A stretch of DNA of 59,439 nucleotides from a virus (lineage: Duplodnaviria > Caudoviricetes): IMG/VR virus record IMGVR_UViG_3300043037_000042, positions 1-59,439 of that record; one strand, written 5' to 3'. Both the position numbers and the translations under genes were made by a program. The notes under the pieces are model-generated. The model was not told the origin of the DNA and did no database searches. It saw nothing but the letters and a program-made list of their open reading frames with translations. Shown here one piece after another: positions 27,435-36,761 of the stretch. The stretch's first letter is position 1, and every line of letters begins with the position of its first letter.

Positions 27435-28222
27435 TAGTTACCTCCATCAATCTTTAACCGATAATTATTCTTAATATTCTTGTCAATCTCTACAAGATAA
27501 TCCTTGCACATTTCATATATCCTAGAGCCAATAGCTTCATCAAAATTCAATAAATCGTTCATGTCGTGTTCGCTAGATAAGATAATCGGCAATTTGTTCA
27601 TGTATCGGTAATTGATAATCTCAAACATGATGTTTTTATCACTATCCGTTGTCTTACCTTTCAACATATCGTCTATTAGCAATACTTTTGCATTTCTGTA
27701 TTTGTCTAGTTGCTTTTGATAATATTCTTCATCGGTCATGTTTTGCTTTAAGTTTGTAATCACATCTCTATAACTGAAATAAGCAACTGACATTTTCCTT
27801 TTCTGCAAAAGACTTAATCCTAAGGCTATTGTTAAATGACTCTTGCCTGCTCCAACTTGTCCAATAAATGCTATACTATTTTGCTTAGTGTTTTTAATTT
27901 TCATAAAGTTTTTATAATATGCCAATCCAACGTTTTTCATCAACTTTGAAGTCTCGTTCCATTCTTCAAAATTTGTGAATGTGAACTTATCATCTTTGAT
28001 TCCGCTATTTTCAAACATTTTCTCTGCTTCTGCTATCTCGAAACATTCGCATCTTTTGCAGTTATTATTATCGTCCATTATCCAGTATGTATCTTTGCAT
28101 TTAGGACATTTATATAAGTCCAAGTTCTGCGATTTCTTCATCAAGCGATTTTCCGCTACTCTCTGTTTTAATCTTTGGAACGTCAAATTTAATTCTGTTT
28201 CCGTACTTTCCATTGCTTTCAC
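27434..28222 (-). CDS. DnaC/IstB-like helicase loader ATPase
   Basis: CPKC..CKRCEC zinc motif, Walker A GQVGAGKS, Walker B LLIDD, SRI sensor. Confidence 0.88.
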   Translation of the reverse strand: MKAMESTETELNLTFQRLKQRVAENRLMKKSQNLDLYKCPKCKDTYWIMDDNNNCKRCECFEIAEAEKMFENSGIKDDKFTFTNFEEWNETSKLMKNVGLAYYKNFMKIKNTKQNSIAFIGQVGAGKSHLTIALGLSLLQKRKMSVAYFSYRDVITNLKQNMTDEEYYQKQLDKYRNAKVLLIDDMLKGKTTDSDKNIMFEIINYRYMNKLPIILSSEHDMNDLLNFDEAIGSRIYEMCKDYLVEIDKNIKNNYRLKIDGGN

Positions 28223-28934
28223 CGCCTTTTTTATCCTTACTAGCCCATTTGGTTATTGCTAGATAATGATTTTTATACTTATATCCTTTAAGCTCAATGC
28301 CTTCTGATAATGTATTTATCCAATATTCCCATTTACAAGGAAACTTTTCTTTGAGTTGTTCTAATTGTTTGTCAGTAAGTAAAACATTTTTGTATTCACC
28401 ATATTTATGTTTTTTATTAATATCTATTTCTTTATCTTTATCTATTTCTTTATCTATTTCTTTATCTATATCTTTATCTAGCGAGCTAACATTAGCTTTA
28501 CTGTTAGTTTTACTGTTAGTTTTACAATCCTCTTTACCCTCTGCGATTAGCTTTTGTTTTTCTCTATATTCTTGCATATAGGTTCGCATATACTCTTTTT
28601 TATTTTCCAACTGGTCTAACGTTTGATGTTTGCTCCAATTCGGAATTGTTATTGCATTATTTATCACTTCAATCATTCCAAATTTTTCAAAAGTACTAAT
28701 TGCTAATCTTACTGTGTTTATAGGTCTCCTAAATATTGTTGCAAGCATTTCATCCGTATATGGTAATTTGTCATTAAATAATAAAACTCCACCATTATTA
28801 ATTTTTCCCGCTAATGTCAATAATTTGAACCATATTACAATCATTGCATCTGATTCGGGCATGCTCTCCACTAACAATATTTTTTCATCATCGAATATAT
28901 CTGTTACAATTTTAATCCATTTAACATCTGCCAT
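28110..28934 (-). CDS. Phage replication initiator (replisome organizer, Phage_rep_org_N)
   Basis: MADVKWIKIVTDIFDDEKI..IWFKLL..AGK N-terminus; DKEI repeat linker; KYGEYKNVLLTD C-terminal domain; GAGGTG RBS. Confidence 0.88.
   Translation of the reverse strand: MADVKWIKIVTDIFDDEKILLVESMPESDAMIVIWFKLLTLAGKINNGGVLLFNDKLPYTDEMLATIFRRPINTVRLAISTFEKFGMIEVINNAITIPNWSKHQTLDQLENKKEYMRTYMQEYREKQKLIAEGKEDCKTNSKTNSKANVSSLDKDIDKEIDKEIDKDKEIDINKKHKYGEYKNVLLTDKQLEQLKEKFPCKWEYWINTLSEGIELKGYKYKNHYLAITKWASKDKKGGESNGKYGNRIKFDVPKIKTESSGKSLDEEIAELGLI
28421..28526. repeat. Iteron-like repeats within the initiator gene (probable origin)
   Basis: TTTATCTATTTC-type tandem repeats, then TTTACTGTTAGT repeats; lambda-O-like initiators carry ori within the gene. 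Confidence 0.65.
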
Positions 28935-29422
28935 TATTTTTTTATCACCTCTTGCTTGTGTAATTGCACGTGACATTGTTTACAAAGCGTTATTCCATTA
29001 TCAATGTTATATCTTTCGTTTTCATATTCTGAAAACTTTTTAATATGATGTGCTTCAAGATTTAAATTACTTCCGCATTTTTTACAGACATAATTATCTC
29101 TTTTGAGAACACTTTCTCGCCATTGTCTATATTTGTAAGTTAGCCTTTTCTTTGCTATTTCTGCTCTTCCGATTACAATATCCCAATTTTTTATTTCGTA
29201 TATTCCACTATCGTTAATATCAATGAATTTAGACTTTATTAGTGAATCTATATCATTTTTATTGCAACCTAGCATTTTGCAAATAGACCTTAAATTATTT
29301 AATAAACCCTTTTCATTTGCTCTAATTACTAGATGAAAATATAATGCTTGTGTCGATAGAGGCATATCTAAAAATGCGTCACTATCTATTATTGTTTTTG
29401 CAAACATTCTTTTCTCTGCCAA
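28934..29422 (-). CDS. Chimeric protein: replication-initiator N-terminus fused to HNH endonuclease
   Basis: MAEKRMFAKTIIDSDAFLDMPLSTQALYFHL plus WRESVLKRDNYVCKKC..EAHHI..NGITLCKQCH. Confidence 0.8.
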   Translation of the reverse strand: MAEKRMFAKTIIDSDAFLDMPLSTQALYFHLVIRANEKGLLNNLRSICKMLGCNKNDIDSLIKSKFIDINDSGIYEIKNWDIVIGRAEIAKKRLTYKYRQWRESVLKRDNYVCKKCGSNLNLEAHHIKKFSEYENERYNIDNGITLCKQCHVQLHKQEVIKK

Positions 29423-29426
29423 TTTC

Positions 29427-29870
29427 TCACCTTCTTGCGTTATTAATTACCGCATTTGCTGTTGGATCACTATTGCTCTTGTTAGAAAATTCATTTTCAT
29501 AACTACCGTAAATATTTTTAATAATTTTTTCTTCGATAGCTATACTTTCTTTTGATTTTTGTCTTGCGATATCTTTAATCTTGTCAAGTTTTTCTTCTGT
29601 TATTAAATTGTTATATAATAAATAACTAATTAATTCACAATTGATATTTCTTTCTTCAAGACTTTTTTCTTGTATAATTGTTTGTCGATGCTGAATTTGT
29701 GTAACCATTTTTTTCAATTGTGAAGCTTTTTGAGCGTAGATATTTTTATGATAACCTTTAGCTTTTAACGCTTTTGTATTATACTCGTTCATTTCATCAA
29801 GCATATTTTCTAGTAATTCTTCTTCGACCATTAAAGTTGTGCCGCACTTTTTACATTTGATTAATCTCAT
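29427..29870 (-). CDS. Hypothetical protein with N-terminal CxxC
   Basis: AAGGAG RBS. Confidence 0.55.
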   Translation of the reverse strand: MRLIKCKKCGTTLMVEEELLENMLDEMNEYNTKALKAKGYHKNIYAQKASQLKKMVTQIQHRQTIIQEKSLEERNINCELISYLLYNNLITEEKLDKIKDIARQKSKESIAIEEKIIKNIYGSYENEFSNKSNSDPTANAVINNARR

Positions 29871-29915
29871 TCTTATTCTCCTTTCATTTGGTGTTAATCA
29901 AAGGGGATTTCTCCC

Positions 29916-30881
29916 CTATAAATCAAGCCAATAAATAGGCTCTGTAATTTGTTTTATACTCTTGCAATAATCGCATACACCGCAACCTATAGGCTCTGCT
30001 GTACCCTCTTTAAGTTCTTTAACTCTTAAAATATGTGGCTTGATTTCTTCAAGAGTTGTTTTTACAAAATCCTCAAGACTATTTTCATCTTCTGTCTCGA
30101 ATGTTATTAACGCTTTGTCTGGAACATCTTCTTTGCTAGCAGCTATAATATTCGGTGTAAAATATTCACCTAAATTCTGTTTGATTATTTCACAATAAAT
30201 AGCCATCTGCCAATCATAATGCCAAGCTAAAATAAAATTAACTTTTCTTTTGTAGTCATCGGACCAAGTTTTATCAGAAATATTTCTCATGAATTTCAAG
30301 TCTGCAAAATATTTCTTCTCTTTGTTCAATAAGTCAACCTTAATTTTTATTGGTAGACCGAATATATCGCCTGTGAAGATAAATTCTTTCTCACATTGAG
30401 TGATAATACTATAGATAGCCTTGTCGTTCTTTAAAACGTCGATTACGGTGTCACAAATTTGAAATGAAGCTTTAAGTCCACCAGCATTTTTTCCTTTAGA
30501 AGCCATTATCTCTGGATGCTCTTCAATAAACTTTTGAAGAGTTCCTTCGCTCCATGCGTGGATATAGCTACCTTGCAACATTGCTTCTGACGATTCTTCC
30601 TTTTGATATTTTCCTTCAAGAATAGCCATTTCTCTAGCTTCACATTCAATAAATGCTTTTAGTTGAGAGGAACCGCTATATAAGCGATTCATCTCTGGAC
30701 TAAAATAATTATCATCTGTTGGTATTGGCAATGTATTAATATTCATTTTTGAAGGTTCTGCTTTGTCAATTTCTATAGGCTTGTTTTTGCCATATAAATT
30801 ATTTTCTTTGCAAAAATTATCAAAACATCTATCTGCCAATGATGGCTCTATTGTTAAATCAGTAAATTTAATATTATTCAT
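29916..30881 (-). CDS. PD-(D/E)XK exonuclease (DUF3799/RecE-like)
   Basis: SSQLKAF, GSYIH, KIKVD..FADLK, YDWQMAIY, C-terminal CGVCDYC; adjacent to recT. Confidence 0.85.
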   Translation of the reverse strand: MNNIKFTDLTIEPSLADRCFDNFCKENNLYGKNKPIEIDKAEPSKMNINTLPIPTDDNYFSPEMNRLYSGSSQLKAFIECEAREMAILEGKYQKEESSEAMLQGSYIHAWSEGTLQKFIEEHPEIMASKGKNAGGLKASFQICDTVIDVLKNDKAIYSIITQCEKEFIFTGDIFGLPIKIKVDLLNKEKKYFADLKFMRNISDKTWSDDYKRKVNFILAWHYDWQMAIYCEIIKQNLGEYFTPNIIAASKEDVPDKALITFETEDENSLEDFVKTTLEEIKPHILRVKELKEGTAEPIGCGVCDYCKSIKQITEPIYWLDL

Positions 30882-31683
30882 TTTCTGATTCCTCTTTTAA
30901 GCAATCTGGTAAATCATCGTCTAACTCTGGATTTACTTCATCGACTATAGAATATTCCACGTCCTCAACTTCTTTTTCTGTTAAAATATTTTTAGCCTTA
31001 GATTTTGTTTCTTTAACTTCACTATCTCCACCATCATCAAAAGCTTTTTTTTGTTCTATATTGTCAAAGTCTAATGAAATATTTTTACACAATCTCCTTA
31101 AAACTGTTTTCTTGTACATTTCGCCCGTACTCTTTACCCAGCTTGTACCATTTGGCATTTTAGAATAATCTTTCCTAGTCTTTTCGATTTCTGCCTTACT
31201 CATAGTTTCATAAATCATGCTTCCGTCTTGATAATAACAAACTGCAAAGGCTCCGATTATTTCACCATCATTAAATGCCATAGGTTTAAAACTTATAATT
31301 TGTTGACCGTCTTTTATTTCTTCTACAAACTCATCATTCTCACGTACAAGCTTTGCATATATATCTTTAATAGGATTGATTGAATACTTTTTAGCAAGCT
31401 TTATTTCGCCTTTGTAATCGGTCTGAAACTGTAAGCTGTTTCCATAAGGAATTGCATAACATTCTTTATTTAGGAAATCTAAACCGAGAAATGCACCTTT
31501 TAACATTGTTCTTGCTACTGATAGAGCATTGCACTTTTCTATACCTTTTGTATCTTGCAATACTGTAATTGAGTTTTGTAAAAACCTAGTTTTGTTAAAA
31601 TCTTGCGGTAATGCATCAGCCTTGCTTTCTAAAAGTGTGTTTAAATTTGAATGTACGCTTTTTAAAATTAAATCATTAGCCAT
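30874..31683 (-). CDS. recT: RecT-family ssDNA annealing recombinase
   Basis: GAFLGLD, CYAIPY, FQTDYKG, W....EMYKKTVLRRLCK. Confidence 0.92.
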   Translation of the reverse strand: MANDLILKSVHSNLNTLLESKADALPQDFNKTRFLQNSITVLQDTKGIEKCNALSVARTMLKGAFLGLDFLNKECYAIPYGNSLQFQTDYKGEIKLAKKYSINPIKDIYAKLVRENDEFVEEIKDGQQIISFKPMAFNDGEIIGAFAVCYYQDGSMIYETMSKAEIEKTRKDYSKMPNGTSWVKSTGEMYKKTVLRRLCKNISLDFDNIEQKKAFDDGGDSEVKETKSKAKNILTEKEVEDVEYSIVDEVNPELDDDLPDCLKEESENE

Positions 31684-33345
31684 TTATATTTCCTCCCCAA
31701 ATTTGTTTTCAATCTCAAAACCTTCTGTATCTTGATATTTAGTAACCGTCATAAAAGTTTGAATATCGTTGCTCTCACAAATTTCAATAACTTTCTTTTG
31801 CATATCTTCATCTAAATTTTGGAATCCATCAAGACACATTACTCTAAGTTCGCCCATTCTTTGTAAAGCAATTTTGAAAGCTGCATCTAATTTTTCGCCG
31901 TCTGAAAGACCATCTAATAAAGTGCCATTAATACGAATTAATCCGTTTTCATCAACTGATATACCGTCAAGTGGAAGTTCGTGTATTTTTAATAGCTCTG
32001 ATGGCTTCTCGCGTGCTATCGTGATTAGTCTAGTCAAATAGTCTGCATGACCTTTCTTTGTAGCAAGTTCACCATCACGAATGAATAACATTCTGTCCCA
32101 ATCCCTTAAATATCCTTGCATCTCAACGACTTTTTCAGCTTCTATTTTTAGTGGCTCAATGTCTATTTCCTCATTGTTTTCAAGATATTCAGAAGCTTTT
32201 CCAATTCTTTGCTTTTCAAGTTCAATTAGCTGTAATGTATTTTTTTCAATGGATTCTTTTTCAAGTTCTTTCTTTTCGTCAAGTGTTGATATTTCTTGCT
32301 CTTTTACAGCTATTTTTTGTTGCTGCTGTTTGATTTCTTCTTTGCTTTGCTGTTCTGCTTTTGTTGTTTCTCTTTTAGCTGTCTCTTTTAATTCAATGTA
32401 ATTTGCTTTTAGCCTTGCAATATCTTTTTCTAGCTGATTATCATAATCTTTTAGCTGATTCTCTAAAAGAGTTCCTAAACCTTCTATTTTGCTGTTTTCC
32501 TTTTCAATCTTCTGTTTTGATAGTTCTATAAGGTCCTTTAAATCTTGTTTTAATTCGCTATATTTGACGTCTAATCTAGCCTTTTTAGCTTCTTCATCAG
32601 CTTTAATTGAATTGACTTTATTATCAAAATTTTCTTTCAAATTTTTTGCTTCGGTAATAAATTTATTAACTCTTTCAGCATCAGAAACTTTGTTGTAATA
32701 CTCTTGAATTTTCTTATCCTTCCACTCGTTTCCGTTATAATTGTCTGGAAGTCCTCTTTCAATATTTTTAACTTGTATGTCAAGATTTTTAATATCTCTA
32801 TTTACTTCTTCACGCTCTTTATAAAACTTGTTTTCAACGTCTTTTAAGACTTGCAACATATGCTTGTCTGTATTTATTCCACTTAGAACATCTTTATCGT
32901 CTAAAAACCATTTAACTATTTCCTCTGCTGAATAATTCATCTTTATCATGCTTAAAATGATGTTGGTTTGTTCTTTAGCTGTTAGATTAATGAAGTCTAA
33001 CGGTCTAAAAACATCACCTTTTATAAATTTTCTAAGCTCTGATTCTGTAGATTTTATACCTTCACCTTGTTTTCTAAGTTTGAAATAATCCGATTTATCA
33101 TTTCTTAGTTTTCTTTCAATTTCTAACCCGTCATCAGTTTCAATAAACAAGGTAGCTTCATTTTCTCCGTGACTTATTAGTTCAGTTCTTCTTCCTGTGT
33201 TGTTAAATGCCTTTTCTATGCCCTCTAGCACGCTTGTTTTTCCGCTTCCTGTTTTACCTTTTAGTATGTTTAATTTTGGATCTGCATCATAATTAAATTC
33301 TTTTACACCTATAAAGTTTTTGATTTTAATATTTTTAATTTTCAT
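31684..33345 (-). CDS. SMC/Rad50-like AAA ATPase with coiled coil
   Basis: Walker A GKTGSGKT, long coiled coil, LSDGE signature, MCLDG Walker B. Confidence 0.85.
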   Translation of the reverse strand: MKIKNIKIKNFIGVKEFNYDADPKLNILKGKTGSGKTSVLEGIEKAFNNTGRRTELISHGENEATLFIETDDGLEIERKLRNDKSDYFKLRKQGEGIKSTESELRKFIKGDVFRPLDFINLTAKEQTNIILSMIKMNYSAEEIVKWFLDDKDVLSGINTDKHMLQVLKDVENKFYKEREEVNRDIKNLDIQVKNIERGLPDNYNGNEWKDKKIQEYYNKVSDAERVNKFITEAKNLKENFDNKVNSIKADEEAKKARLDVKYSELKQDLKDLIELSKQKIEKENSKIEGLGTLLENQLKDYDNQLEKDIARLKANYIELKETAKRETTKAEQQSKEEIKQQQQKIAVKEQEISTLDEKKELEKESIEKNTLQLIELEKQRIGKASEYLENNEEIDIEPLKIEAEKVVEMQGYLRDWDRMLFIRDGELATKKGHADYLTRLITIAREKPSELLKIHELPLDGISVDENGLIRINGTLLDGLSDGEKLDAAFKIALQRMGELRVMCLDGFQNLDEDMQKKVIEICESNDIQTFMTVTKYQDTEGFEIENKFGEEI

Positions 33346-33708
33346 CTATTTCCCTCCAAATAAAAAATTATATAAAGATTCGTTATTATCTTCCTGTATC
33401 TCAACAACTTCTGTTGCCAACTGTTCAACTAAAGACAAATATTCTTCATGAGTTAAATCAATTTGTTGTTTTACATATCCCTTTTCATCAACCGTTGCTA
33501 TTTTGTGGCTTATTACTGTATTTAACATTGGTTTTTCATCTTTGATAAGTTCGCATTCTTCTTCACAAATCCACCATGATTCGTTGTTGTTTTTTGCTCT
33601 ATAACCATTACCCTTATTTGTTTTTTCGATTGTAACAATTTCTCCTATTTTAAAACCATGTGCATTTATATCGCCTGTAATCCTTACTTTATCGCCTACT
33701 TTTAACAT
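33346..33708 (-). CDS. Hypothetical protein (KOW/SH3-like N-terminus)
   Basis: LKVGDKVRI..FKIGEIVTI. Confidence 0.55.
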   Translation of the reverse strand: MLKVGDKVRITGDINAHGFKIGEIVTIEKTNKGNGYRAKNNNESWWICEEECELIKDEKPMLNTVISHKIATVDEKGYVKQQIDLTHEEYLSLVEQLATEVVEIQEDNNESLYNFLFGGK

Positions 33709-33711
33709 TAA

Positions 33712-34254
33712 CTATTCACCTCTCAATTCTTTTAATAATGATATATTTATAGTTGACATTACCTCATTTTTTACAACATTTGTTTCTGGTATCTTAAATC
33801 CTAGTTCTTTCAAATATTCAGTAGCCTGTGCGCCTGTCATTGAAGAAATATTACCTTTTAACTTTGTATATTCGTTTCTTATTTGCTCTCTTTGTGCTTC
33901 GTATTTAACTGTCGGTTTATCTGACATGTACGATTTTTTATTTAACGTTTTTAAAATATCTTTTTCCAATCCACCTCTATTTAGCAATGATTCTAAATAA
34001 TATGTCGCTTGTCTAGTGTATGAATTGTAATACGAATAACTATCGCTTTTTTCAAAATACATATCTATTTGTTTTAGCTCTTTTAGTAATGTTTTTATTT
34101 CAATTTCAAGTTCCTTGACATCTAACCCTTTCAATGATTCGATTACTATTTTTTCTTTTAGTTTTTCAACTTCTCTATTTCTGATGTTGCGTATATTTTC
34201 AATCGTTGTTTCTTCCTCTGATTCAAGAAATTTCTTTATTTGAATTTTATTCAT
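33712..34254 (-). CDS. Hypothetical protein
   Basis: GGAGG RBS. Confidence 0.6.
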   Translation of the reverse strand: MNKIQIKKFLESEEETTIENIRNIRNREVEKLKEKIVIESLKGLDVKELEIEIKTLLKELKQIDMYFEKSDSYSYYNSYTRQATYYLESLLNRGGLEKDILKTLNKKSYMSDKPTVKYEAQREQIRNEYTKLKGNISSMTGAQATEYLKELGFKIPETNVVKNEVMSTINISLLKELRGE

Positions 34255-34267
34255 TTATATTTCCTCC

Positions 34268-34525
34268 CTAAAATTTATCAAATGTTGGTTTTGTTGTTAT
34301 TCTCTCAAACTTATTATCTTCTATTTCTATCTTTGCATCTTTAGTTCCCAAGTGATGAATCCATATAGGTATATATCCATGTCCTTTGCTGTTGCAACTT
34401 TCAACTTCTCTACCACTTGCGATTAGTTCCTTAATCAGTTCGTTTGCCAAATAACCTATTTTTTCATCTGAATTCAGCCTTTTAATTTTTATATCAATTT
34501 TCCATTTCCAAAATTTAAATTTCAT
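34268..34525 (-). CDS. Hypothetical protein
   Basis: GGAGG RBS; overlaps upstream stop. Confidence 0.55.
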   Translation of the reverse strand: MKFKFWKWKIDIKIKRLNSDEKIGYLANELIKELIASGREVESCNSKGHGYIPIWIHHLGTKDAKIEIEDNKFERITTKPTFDKF

Positions 34526-34959
34526 ATTATTTCCTCCCTCAAAAACTCAATCCAATTTTCCATATCATCTAAAATATAATTTTTAAGATGTTCTAGTTGT
34601 TTATTACTATCTCCATCTAAATCAACCTTACTTAAAAAGTCTTTCTCTAAAACTTCTATCAAGTCACTTTCCAACTCTTTATCAACGTTTCCTATGCCCC
34701 ATATCTCTAAGAAATATTCTTTGTGCTTGTCCAACCATTTAAGCCCTAGTCTGTCTGTATATTCCTTCTCAGCACACTTGTAACATATATTGTTATGTAT
34801 TTGTTCCTCAAAGTAATATCTTTCGCATAAATCGCATTTGTAGGCTTCTTCGTAGCCTGTGCTATTACAACCAGGACAAACATTTAATAATTCGCCTGTA
34901 TCATCTTTAATTGTTTCTACTTGATTAAATATTGTTTCACAATCTCTGCAGCTATACAT
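34522..34959 (-). CDS. Zinc-finger hypothetical protein
   Basis: CRDC, CPGC, CDLC, CYKC. Confidence 0.6.
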   Translation of the reverse strand: MYSCRDCETIFNQVETIKDDTGELLNVCPGCNSTGYEEAYKCDLCERYYFEEQIHNNICYKCAEKEYTDRLGLKWLDKHKEYFLEIWGIGNVDKELESDLIEVLEKDFLSKVDLDGDSNKQLEHLKNYILDDMENWIEFLREEII

Positions 34960-35476
34960 TTTTAGCCTCCTTTTTAGTTCGTTTCAATGGTTGTTTGCTA
35001 TTAGATTTAAGTTTTCTATATTTTCTCCAAGTTGCAATATTGGAACTTGATGTATTTGTTAATTTAGCAATTTGACTATCAACAAAACCTTGATTATATA
35101 GATCCATTCGTATTTTATTTTTCTTCTCAATTTCAATAGTTCTAGTTGATGGATTGGCTTCTAAATTATTCTTTTCTCTCCAATATCTAACACTTGAATC
35201 TTGCGAACCCTCTATCTTTGCTATATCGCCATCAGATAAACCTTGATTGTATAATTTCAATCTGCTTTCGTGTGAATATTCTCTTTGCCATTTTTTAGCG
35301 TTTCCGTATTTCTTTTCTAAAATTTTGTCTGCTAGTTTATTTAATTTTTCATCGGCTTTTTTATTATCTGGGAGAACTTCATCTAGTTTTAATATGCTTA
35401 CTAACTCATCTTTTGTTAATTCACCATCTGCTGCTATCATTCTTCTGTAGTCGTTTATAAAATTTTGTAGTGACAT
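34952..35476 (-). CDS. Tandem-HTH DNA-binding protein
   Basis: Two repeats of LYNQGxxDxxIAKxxxxxxSxxxxWRxxxxLxxN. Confidence 0.65.
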   Translation of the reverse strand: MSLQNFINDYRRMIAADGELTKDELVSILKLDEVLPDNKKADEKLNKLADKILEKKYGNAKKWQREYSHESRLKLYNQGLSDGDIAKIEGSQDSSVRYWREKNNLEANPSTRTIEIEKKNKIRMDLYNQGFVDSQIAKLTNTSSSNIATWRKYRKLKSNSKQPLKRTKKEAKNV

Positions 35477-35477
35477 T

Positions 35478-36035
35478 TCATTCGTTCACCTCGTTTGTAA
35501 ATATTTCTCTGTTTAAATAGACAGGTTGATAGTCATTTCTTACCGGTAACATCATCAACATTTCTTCGCTATTTTCATGTGTGACATATATAGGTCGAGT
35601 AGGAATATTGCCATATATTTGTACTGGTGAAAATTCGTTTATAAAACTCATAAAAGTTCTATCCATATAAACATAATTTTTAGATGCTTTTAGAATCTGC
35701 AAATCTTTATCGCTGTGAATTTGCGTTAATCTTGTATCCGTCAACACTTCTGCATCTTTTGGAAGTTCCAACAATCCAATGAAATTATTTATTTGTTCTT
35801 CTGTCATTACTTCTAATCTACCGTCAAATTTAAGCGCGAATCCTGTTCCGATGTCTGGTATTGTCTTAAATAAATTTATTAAAGGGACGAAGATCCATTT
35901 TTCTACATGTAAAGTTTTCTTTGTTCTAAGTCCAAAATATCCTGTAAATAAATAGTTAAATTCCTCTGTCCTAAACCAAAATATTTGAGTTGACTTCCCT
36001 TTTAAGTATTTGCTTATATTTTTAAAATTTATCAT
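35478..36035 (-). CDS. Hypothetical protein
   Basis: AAGGAG RBS; C-terminal MMLPVR reminiscent of a clamp-like fold end. Confidence 0.55.
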   Translation of the reverse strand: MINFKNISKYLKGKSTQIFWFRTEEFNYLFTGYFGLRTKKTLHVEKWIFVPLINLFKTIPDIGTGFALKFDGRLEVMTEEQINNFIGLLELPKDAEVLTDTRLTQIHSDKDLQILKASKNYVYMDRTFMSFINEFSPVQIYGNIPTRPIYVTHENSEEMLMMLPVRNDYQPVYLNREIFTNEVNE

Positions 36036-36055
36036 ATGAAATCTCCTTTATTTTT

Positions 36056-36137
36056 TTGACATATCTGTTTTAATGTGCTATAATTCTGTTTGAATGTTTT
36101 TTATTGACCGTTCCTATTGGCGTAGGCGGTCTTTTTT
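36056..36137 (+). ncRNA. Candidate tiny antisense RNA unit (consensus promoter + UUGGCG-loop terminator)
   Basis: TTGACA-17-TATAAT with extended TG; hairpin GACCG-tt-CCTA-TTGGCG-TAGG-CGGTC then TTTTTT; no plus-strand ORF. Confidence 0.65.
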
Positions 36138-36238
36138 CTTTTTACGCAATCTGGACAAATGTAGTGTTTCCTGTACCTCTCTTTCTTTTGTGAACTAATG
36201 CCCCAAGTTGTGTGACATTGAATACATTTTAGTTTCAT
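36101..36238 (-). CDS. 45-aa zinc-ribbon peptide
   Basis: Not in the track. GAGGT RBS; MKLKCIQC...YICPDC... Confidence 0.5.
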   Translation of the reverse strand: MKLKCIQCHTTWGISSQKKERYRKHYICPDCVKRKKTAYANRNGQ

Positions 36239-36366
36239 TGTTTACCTCACTTTCTGGCACTTCTTCGTCCCAACATTTTTTACATCTTTTGTTTCCACAA
36301 TTTGTTGTCAAGTTAAATTCAATGTCTCTACATTTTGCAGTTTCAAAATCTTTGTTCGGATTCTGT

Positions 36367-36627
36367 TTAATCCATAGTTCTTTGTATGTCATTGTCAACC
36401 TCACTTTCTAACTTGATTTTTAAAAACTTAATACCTTTAATCTTTCCGTTGGCATTCCTATTAATTGCCGACGATATATTATTTTCTTTAACTCCTGTAA
36501 GCTTGCTTAATTCTCTTAAATTTCCAGCAACTGCAAATGGCAACTCATATGCATCTGGACTTACTGCTAAATATAAAGTGTTCGCTCTGCTACTCATTTT
36601 CTCCATACTCCTTACAACTAATTGCAA
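36367..36627 (-). CDS. Hypothetical HTH-like protein
   Basis: YLAVSPDAYELP..LRELSKLTGV; start uncertain. Confidence 0.5.
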   Translation of the reverse strand: MQLVVRSMEKMSSRANTLYLAVSPDAYELPFAVAGNLRELSKLTGVKENNISSAINRNANGKIKGIKFLKIKLESEVDNDIQRTMD

Positions 36628-36761
36628 ATCTATTCTTGTCCCACTCGCTAGGTGTTGTTTCTTGCTTGTCCTCGAATGCGCTGCAAGATGGTTTATCTTT
36701 GCAATTTGTACATCTTCTTTTTTCTGCTTCTTGGGATTGTATGTAGTTCATTGGGTACCTC

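Noticed and set aside
28421-28526. Novel tandem repeat array
   Set aside because: Explained as DKEI/NSKT-coding iteron repeats typical of phage initiator genes.
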